A stretch of 64,000 nucleotides of DNA. It comes from Eledone cirrhosa. Lineage: Eukaryota. Both the position numbers and the translations under genes were made by a program. The DNA lies in assembly GCA_964016885.1 (NCBI GenBank), contig OZ024740.1:84196001-84260000 (forward strand), written 5' to 3'. Position 1 is the stretch's first letter. Each line of letters opens with the position of its first letter. Under the pieces are notes generated by a model. It did not search any database. It was not told the DNA's origin and saw only the letters and a program-made list of their open reading frames with translations. Below are positions 56,222 through 64,000 of the stretch, piece after piece.

Positions 56222-56277
56222 CACGTGCTGTGACCGGCGGCGCCGAATGCCGCCCGAAAGACTAGTCGGTCAAGGTG
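56222..56277 (+). ncRNA. Decayed GC-rich hammerhead motif
   Basis: CACGTG-CTG(-)TGA-CC GGCGGC gccgaat GCCGCC C-GAAA-GACTAGTC GG-TC-AAGGTG, between TA tracts. Confidence 0.5.
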
Positions 56278-56311
56278 ATCAAGGTGATATATATATGTAT
56301 ATATATATATA

Positions 56312-56590
56312 TTCAAACATTTAATCACTGACGATCGTTTCATCCTTGCACAAGGTCGGAATCACCCATATTAAGTATCCTCCTAGTGTTCTTGTGATAA
56401 TATTTTGGTCTTATATTTGTGTTTGATTTTTGTTATCAACTCTAATGGTCCGGCCTTGTGTTAGGATGAAACGATCGTCAGTGATTAAATGTTTGAAAGT
56501 TTAAACACTCTTTTATTGTCTTTCGGCTCTGTATTATACTTGTTGTTTTTGCATCGAGCTATTTTCAAACTTGTAACAGGGTAATATTTA
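56312..56590 (+). mobile_element. Fold-back PLE-type insert with a decayed HHR
   Basis: Arms 56312-56360 and 56449-56497; ACT-CTAATGG-TCC..GGAT-GAAA-CGATCG-TC-AGT. Confidence 0.65.
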
Positions 56591-56631
56591 TTTATCCCCC
56601 CCCCCCATATATATATATATATATATGTATA

Positions 56632-56918
56632 TCCAGGGGGTGTAACTAGGAGTTACTGCTGGTTCACCCGGGAGAGCACTCGATGTTTAGGTTCCCTTCT
56701 GTGATGAGGTGTAGAGCTATACAGAGTGTAATATATAGAAAGGTTAAAAAGGACGATTGATTATTCCTTCATTGCATTTATTGATAGGGTCCGTCGAGCT
56801 GCGGATTATTGAGTCGGGTAGGATCGATATAGATCGAACCTTGAGCTGATCAGTGGCGAAACGCGCGTCACCTATCAATAAATGCAATGAAGGAATAATC
56901 AATCGTCCTTTTTATCCC

Positions 56919-56926
<8 letters not shown>
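56632..56926. mobile_element. Fold-back PLE-type insert with an HHR 3' half
   Basis: Arms at about 56731-56788 and 56870-56926; GAAA-CGCGCG-TC-ACCTATC-AATAAA. Confidence 0.6.
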
Positions 56927-56976
<50 letters not shown>

Positions 56977-57098
56977 TTGGTAAGGAACTGGTATTATAGC
57001 CAATATAAGCAGGTGTATATAAACATTTTATTTTTCTTCAGTCAGATAAAATGATTATTTTTGTATTTATTTCATTGAATAGGGTTACGTTTATCAAA

Positions 57099-57287
57099 TA
57101 ATTGTTTCTACTTTTGACACAACGCCAGCAATCACCCCAGTGCATTACTGGTGCTTTATTTTGTCGACCCCATAAGGATGAAAGGTAAAATTAACCTCGG
57201 CGTGATTTGATCTCAGAATGTAAAGAGGCATAATTCCATGCTGCAAAGCATGACCTTTGATGCTGTACCAATACTGCCAATCCACCA
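57099..57287 (-). mobile_element. SINE, diverged full length
   Basis: Family consensus. Confidence 0.8.
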
Positions 57288-58409
57288 TAATATTACCCAT
57301 TTCGAATATTTATGAATATTATTTTAAAAATTATTTCCCAACATTGGTTCTTTCACGAGTATATTCCATATTCACGAGTATGGTGGTGCGTAGTAGAGAG
57401 TGGGAGAAGTAAAAGATCCCAATAGAATTGCCAGGTACCACTTTCAACACAATACCTACGGCTATAAAAATCATCTTTCGTAATGATGCAAAAATTGATA
57501 ACCCCTGTTTTTAGAACGATCACAGAAGTACTAGGAAATAAGGGTTCTCCACGTGCGAAACTGAAAATATCTAAAATAAAAAATATCAAAATTTCACGAA
57601 AAAAATGACATCTTATAATTTTGCTGTACGCTTAGACTAAATGTCTAAAGTGTTTGAGACTTTGACAATGATAAGGAATTACTAGTTAAAAATAAATGTG
57701 AAGTCTGCCCAAAGATAGGAAAGAATAAAGCTATGTATACTTCGTCTGAGCACAATACACATATTTCCATTGAAACACTTGAAAATAGATACATAAAATC
57801 AAATTTCTGAAAACAAGAATAGAAAAAATTGAAATGATTTATCAAAAATGCCGGTAAATGTAATATTTCAGATTTATCAAAAATGCCGGTAAATTACAGT
57901 TTCTATGGATACAGAATATCATAAAAGCTTGCTCTTAGTAATTTCTGTTTTATCACATTCTATGATAAAAAAAATGCAAATAAACAATAAAATATAATGG
58001 AAAATCTGCTGCCATTACTAAATAAATATCACAAAGTTTTAACAACGAAAGCAGTTGTTTAGATAAGCCACTTTTGAAAGAAATCCAGCTATTTCTATTG
58101 CCTGCCTAAAATGTATGAAAACAAACTAAGTGATGCTTGAAAAATTCTAAAACCAAATATATCGTGTTACTGACACATTCCACACACACACCTCCTGATT
58201 TAAAATCAAAACAAATCGTAGCAAGTATAGCAAGCAGAAGAGATTCTGAATAAATTTAAGGGCATTCTCCTCAAGCATGTTTTAAATACATATGGACGAT
58301 GGAGTGGATACGCTCAACCACCTACCGTTAACAATGCATCAAAATGCAAACATTGTTTCCTCCAATGGGTTAAATTTATACAAAATAATCTCTCAAAATT
58401 AAGGAATAA

Positions 58410-59010
58410 TTGCAATTAAATATTAGATAGATGCATATAAATTTTTATTGCCGTACACATCAAATCCAGGTGACTGAGATGGCATGGTCATATCTCACGA
58501 ATGGATAAATCCAGAATGCTCAAGCAAGAGTTGTATGGAGAACTACCCTGAACGAGTTCTATAATAATTGTTTCTACTTTTGGTACAAGGCCAGCAATTA
58601 TCCCAGTGTGTTACTGGTACTTTATTTTATCGACCCCGTAGGATGAAAGTCAACGTTAACCTCGGTGGTATTTGAAATGAGACCATAAAGAGCCGTATCT
58701 CTTTGCTGCAAAACATGGCGTCCGACCCTCTACAGATACTGCCCTATAATAATTGTTTCTACTTTAAGCACAAGGCCAGCAATTACCCAGTGCGTTACTG
58801 GTACTTTATTTCATCGACCCCGTAAGGATGAAAGGCAAAGTCAACCTCGGCGGGATTTGAACTCAGATCGTAAAGGGACATAACTATGCTGGAAAGCATG
58901 GCGTCCGACCCTCTACCGATACTGCCAATCCGCCGCCCTGAAGGGAAATGGCAAGAGCTAGCAAAGGACCGTGGCTATTGGATATCAGGTGAAAATACAA
59001 GAGCCAAACT
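58410..59010 (+). mobile_element. RTE 3' fragment interrupted by two tandem SINEs (58563-58743 and 58749-58937, minus strand)
   Basis: LRWHGHISRMDKSRMLKQELYGEL, then after the SINEs KWQELAKDRGYW. Confidence 0.7.
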
Positions 59011-59222
59011 ATTTGAAGATTCACGCATTTATGCAAGACAAAGATGAAAGCACCCACCCCACCCCGCCCCCCTAAGATAGACTCTAATGTCTCGATATTG
59101 CACTGATTTGTATATTGTGAAAAGTGATGTCGAGATCGCGTAGGACTGCTGACTCAAAAAAGTTCATTGTGATGAATTATGAAATTATCGTCTCTGCAGC
59201 TCGTCGATCACTGAGGAAAAGT

Positions 59223-59280
<58 letters not shown>

Positions 59281-59283
<3 letters not shown>

Positions 59284-61525
59284 ATAGAATGAAGAATAAC
59301 ATGGTCGGCTTTATTTCAAGTATTAACAATTTGTTTATTGGTCAGGTGAGTCTAAAGGCCACTAATCACTCGAAGTTGCGGCACTCGACCTTAAATACAG
59401 TGTTTACCTCTGATCAAATCCTCAGAATACTAGCGAATTCACATATGGCAATGGTATATATAGATACAGCGTAGAATCAAAACAATAACATCAATAATAA
59501 AATATAATGATAAAGTGGTAAAGAAGTTACAGATGTAAAAGTAAAAAAAGTAAAAAAATATAAGTACAGAATACGATAGTTGATAATAGTGGTAATGGTG
59601 AGTAAGTGTATGTATAAATATGTGAGGGTGGAGGTAATACTAACATGAAAAGCAACATTAGATATATACATACATACATACATACATACATACGTGTTGG
59701 TCAAAGGGTTAGAAATGGAGAATAAGAGGTAGTAACAAATGACAGATAAAAGATAAAAAACAATAAATTAAGTGAGAGATACGAGGATGAGACATAATGG
59801 GTAGGGCTAAGGACGTGGTGGGGGAATGTTTATATGTGTGGGTGGTATATGTTTAGCGTGCTGATTGTCTCATCTTAATGGGGTTGATGTGGCTTTAGGG
59901 AGAGAGAGTGAAAGAAAGGTTAGGAGATTATATGATCTAGTGACCAGTCGGTCAGTTGACAGCTAATAACAGTGTGGTGGTACGTATTCCGTACATTAAA
60001 ATCCGAGTGGTTCAGTTCGAATTTTGAGATTGCTGGATCGAATCATGTTGGTTTGAAATTTGTGAACTTGGTAGCTGCTTTGTGCCTACAGAAAATTGAT
60101 ATTTCTATTTTGCTGTTAAGCCGCATCTTATCGTACTTTAAAATATGGAATAGCTCCATATTGCAAAGTCCGCAGTGGGACATTCCATTGTTGTAGGCCC
60201 TTGCTCCCGATAGTTTCGACCAGATAATCCTATATTCTTGGTTTGCGTTCATAAACTGCCAGATTTTATTGGCCAGCGTTGTTGAGTTCTCTAGTATACG
60301 GTACTTCATAGAGTGTCTGTGAACGTACCATCTTTTTTTGAATTCCCCAGCAGTGGAACCTATGTAGTGCCATGTCAAGTTGCCCGAATTTATAGTACAC
60401 AGGTGCATCATACTTGATTCCAGGCATCTATTTTGTAGTGGGCACATATCAGGTAGGTGGCAGTTACAGTTGGAGGCCTTCCTGTGTGCAGGTTCTCAGT
60501 TGCGATTTTGTATGTTGTTATGGGTGGGTTGAGATTTAGGCCTATTAATGTTTTGTTGTGATGCGCCCTGATGTGTGTGTGGTTGTGATGTTGTTATGTC
60601 TTTGCGTTTTTTATTTGGTTCTATGGTGTATGTCGGTAGGTTATTTTCTTTAGAGATTCTTTTGTAGTTGATTTTATGTATGTGTGATTCTATGTTGGCT
60701 GCAGTAGAGTAAGAGAGTTTGATGGTTTTTCTGTTAAAGATTCTATGGTATTGTGTAGTTTAAGGAAGTGTTTGTCAATTAGCTTAAAGAATGTAGAAGG
60801 TAGTTTGGTTTTTATAGAGGAGTTAATATTGGATTGAACCATAATCATTTCCTATCTCTGGATTTTCTATAGTTCCTAGGGGTCCCTATATTAGTATTCG
60901 GTTCAGTTATTTCTGGTGCTCGTTGTCTAATTCTATGTTTAGTTCTATGTTTGTTATTTCTATAGGTGTCGGTAGTGTAGCTGTCGTTAGGTTTGTTGTT
61001 GCTGTCTCTATCTGGTATGTATTTGAGCCCGTCCTTATGTCCTGCCTTATGTAAAACTATGTTATAGTAGTTTGCGTGTTCGTTAAAATCTCTAGGTTAG
61101 AAGATAGGCGGGATATTCTGAGGTATATACTATGTGCTATGAAGTTAATTATGGATCGAGGGTGGTTTGAGTTATAACTAATGCAGGCTAGATTCTCGTT
61201 ATTTTTATGGAAGGGCTCTATTAATCCTGTGTTTAGGTTGAGTGTTACATCTAAAAAGTTTGCTATTTTGGAGTAAAGTTCGAAAGAGATACCTAGGCCT
61301 AGTTAGTTGAAGAAGACACTGATGTGTTTACGTAAATTTTCCATGTTTTGATTATTTAAGTTCTTAGCTAAAAGGAGTGTGTCATCTCTATAAATTCCTC
61401 CTTGGAGGTTATTAAATTACTTATGTAAGTTGTGCGCTATATATATTCCAACTATGGCTGTTACCTGTGCTGAGTCGCTAGGTCCCATTGTGATATCGAA
61501 GCTATTCTGTCTGTTTTAACAGCCG
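59281..61525 (-). mobile_element. Penelope-like retroelement 3, 5'-truncated and decayed
   Basis: FDITMGPSDSAQVTAIVGIY, GGIYRDD, ANFLD, SNHP, IFNRKTIKLSYS, CNCHLPDMCPLQNRC, HYIGSTAGEFKKRWYVH, CGLC..FCRH; (TA)n at the 3' end. Confidence 0.92.
59320..59430 (-). ncRNA. Hammerhead of the PLE3 pLTR, stem II about 80 nt, GAAA damaged
   Basis: Minus strand: GTATT-CTGAGGA-TTTGATCAG..CTGACCAAT-AAA-CAAATTG-TT-AATAC, then AATAAA. Confidence 0.65.
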
Positions 61526-62043
61526 CAGATTCGAATGGTTGGGCTGCACTCTCTAGCATTTTCTCCAATCCATGAGAACCATTATTTGATGCAAATAACA
61601 CGTGATTTCGCCCTACCATGGGCAGCGTGTATATTAGCTTTCTCTCTATCCATGAGGCTAGATGTGTAGTAAACAGAAACCGCATTTGCTGACTGATGAA
61701 CCTGTGGCTGTTAAACTGCACATTTCTGTGGTGAAACGAACTTAATTCGTATCAGCAAACTTATAGTTATAAGGTTAGTAATTTAAAATCTACTTCAGAG
61801 ATTTGATTCTGACTTAGGTTTTTTCTATTTAATTGCTAAACCTGTATATATTGTTTTCTATACAGTAACGATAAAAATCACTTGTAATAATTCTTTACAC
61901 ACTTTTCACTGTGTAACACACTTCTATTTGTGTAATATATTTGTATCTGAGCTCAGAAGAAAATTCTCTATTCTTCTTTGAGCTAATATTATTGTTATTA
62001 CTGTAAACTGCGGAATGCTATTAATTCCGATCCTAGTATACTT

Positions 62044-62376
<333 letters not shown>

Positions 62377-62443
62377 AAATGGAATAGAATGAAATGAAAT
62401 TTCATTTCTCACTCTTAGTTCGGCACCTATTTAAGGAAGGTAT

Positions 62444-62486
62444 ACGATGCTGATGATAGCTAATAAGCTTGAAACTAGTACATCGT
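62444..62486 (+). ncRNA. Minimal type I hammerhead, array unit 1 (intact core)
   Basis: ACGATG-CTGATGA-T AGCT aata AGCT T-GAAA-CTAG-TA-CATCGT; predicted cleavage after 62480 (GUA). Confidence 0.92.
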
Positions 62487-62877
62487 TCCAGTGTCAGTGT
62501 TGAACAAAAAGGTGACGTGGTTGCCTAAACAGGGAACGACGTAATTAGGGCTGTTTGTTTCTTTACAAACAAACAAACCGAGCATTATAATAAATGTTCG
62601 GTAAACCGATACGTGCATATATATATGTGTGCATGTATGTATATATATACATACTACTGTACGTCTGTATACATATATGTATGTACGTATACATACATTT
62701 AAGTAAGTGCCGTACTAAGAGTGAGAAATGAAATTTCGTTTCATTCTATTCCATTTATCGTTTTCGGTGTGCCCGGCCGACTGAACTCACTCGATATGCA
62801 AATTAGGCTGCTCAGCCGTTAATATGCATAAGGAAAGTATATACTTTCAGACGTTCAACCATCTAGCAGGAAGGTAT

Positions 62878-62920
62878 ACGATGTTGACGATAGCTAAAAA
62901 GCTTGAAACTAGTACATCGT
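62878..62920 (+). ncRNA. Hammerhead, array unit 2 (C3U)
   Basis: ACGATG-TTGACGA-TAGCTAAAAAGCTT-GAAA-CTAG-TA-CATCGT. Confidence 0.8.
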
Positions 62921-63303
62921 TCCTGTGTCAGTGTTAAACAAAAAGGTGACGTGGTTGCCTAAACACTGTACGGCGTAATTCGGGCAGTTTGTTTGTTTAC
63001 AAACAAACAAACCGAGCATTATAATAAATGTTCGGTAAACCGATACGTGCATATATATATGTGTGCATGTATGTATATATATACATACTACTGTACGTCT
63101 GTATACATATATGTACGTATACATACATTTAAGTGCCGTACTAAGAGTGAGAAATGAAATTTCGTTTCATTCTATTCCATTTATCGTTTTCGGTGTGCCC
63201 GGCCCACTGAACTCACTCGATATGCAAATTAGGCTGCTCAGCCGTTAATATGCATAAGGAAAGTATATACTTTCAGACGTTCAACCATCTGGCAGGAAGG
63301 TAT

Positions 63304-63346
63304 ATGATGCTAACGATAGGTAATAAGCTTGAAACTAGTACATTGT
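63304..63346 (+). ncRNA. Hammerhead, array unit 3 (G5A, likely inactive)
   Basis: ATGATG-CTAACGA-TAGGTAATAAGCTT-GAAA-CTAG-TA-CATTGT. Confidence 0.75.
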
Positions 63347-63818
63347 TCCTGTGTCAGTGTTAAACAAAAAGGAGATGTGGTTGCCTAAACACTGTACGGC
63401 GTAATTGGGCTGTTTGTTTGTTTACAAACCAACAAACCGAGCATTATAATAAATGTTCGGTAAACCGATACGTGCATATATATATGTGTGTGCATGTATG
63501 TATATATATACATACTACTGAACGTCTATAGGTATATATGTATGTACGTATACATACATACATACATACATACATACATACATACATACATACATACATA
63601 CATACATACATACATACATACATACATACATACATACATTTAAGTAAGTGCCTTACTAAGAGTGAGAAATGAAATTTCGTTTCATTCTATTCCATTTATC
63701 GTTTTCGGTGTGCCCGACCGACTGAACTCACTCGATATGCAAATTAGGCTTCTCAGCCGTTAATATCCATAAGGAAAGTATGTACTTTCAGACGTTAAAC
63801 CATCTGGCAGGAAGGTAT

Positions 63819-63861
63819 ACGATGCTGACGATAGCTAATAAGCTTGAAACTAGTACATCGT
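63819..63861 (+). ncRNA. Hammerhead, array unit 4 (intact core)
   Basis: ACGATG-CTGACGA-TAGCTAATAAGCTT-GAAA-CTAG-TA-CATCGT. Confidence 0.92.
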
Positions 63862-64000
63862 TGATGTGTCAGTGTTGAACAAAAAGGTGACGTGGTTGCC
63901 TAAACACTGTACGGCGTAATTCGGGCTGTTTGTTTACAAACAAACAAACCGAGCATCATAATAAATGTTCGGTAAATCGATACGTGCATATATATACGTG

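Overview
AT-rich, microsatellite-rich eukaryotic (metazoan) DNA made almost entirely of repeats. The tRNA-derived SINE family and the (TA)n/(CATA)n landscape suggest a cephalopod such as Octopus (inference). I find no convincing host gene. The window holds three large Penelope-like retroelements (PLEs; RT with YRDD, a CxCx4Cx5C linker and a C-terminal GIY-YIG endonuclease, Hydra-clade-like), a near full-length Tx1/L1 LINE, decayed RTE, I-type (RNase H) and R4/NeSL-like LINEs, about 15 SINE copies, Helitron-type elements and small MITEs. The main signal is non-coding: about 20 type-I hammerhead ribozyme (HHR) motifs, intact or decayed, from more than 10 sequence families. Most lie in PLE pseudo-LTRs or in small ORF-less PLE-like inserts in (TA)n tracts. 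They include a tandem array of 426-515 nt ORF-less HHR monomers with a PLE-type inverted 5' cap (retrozyme-like, 62376-64000), U3-A8 core variants, HHRs with a 50-100 nt stem II, and fold-back inserts whose symmetry axis falls at the HHR stem II apex. All structures were read by eye; no folding, alignment or database search was run, and coordinates of decayed elements are approximate.
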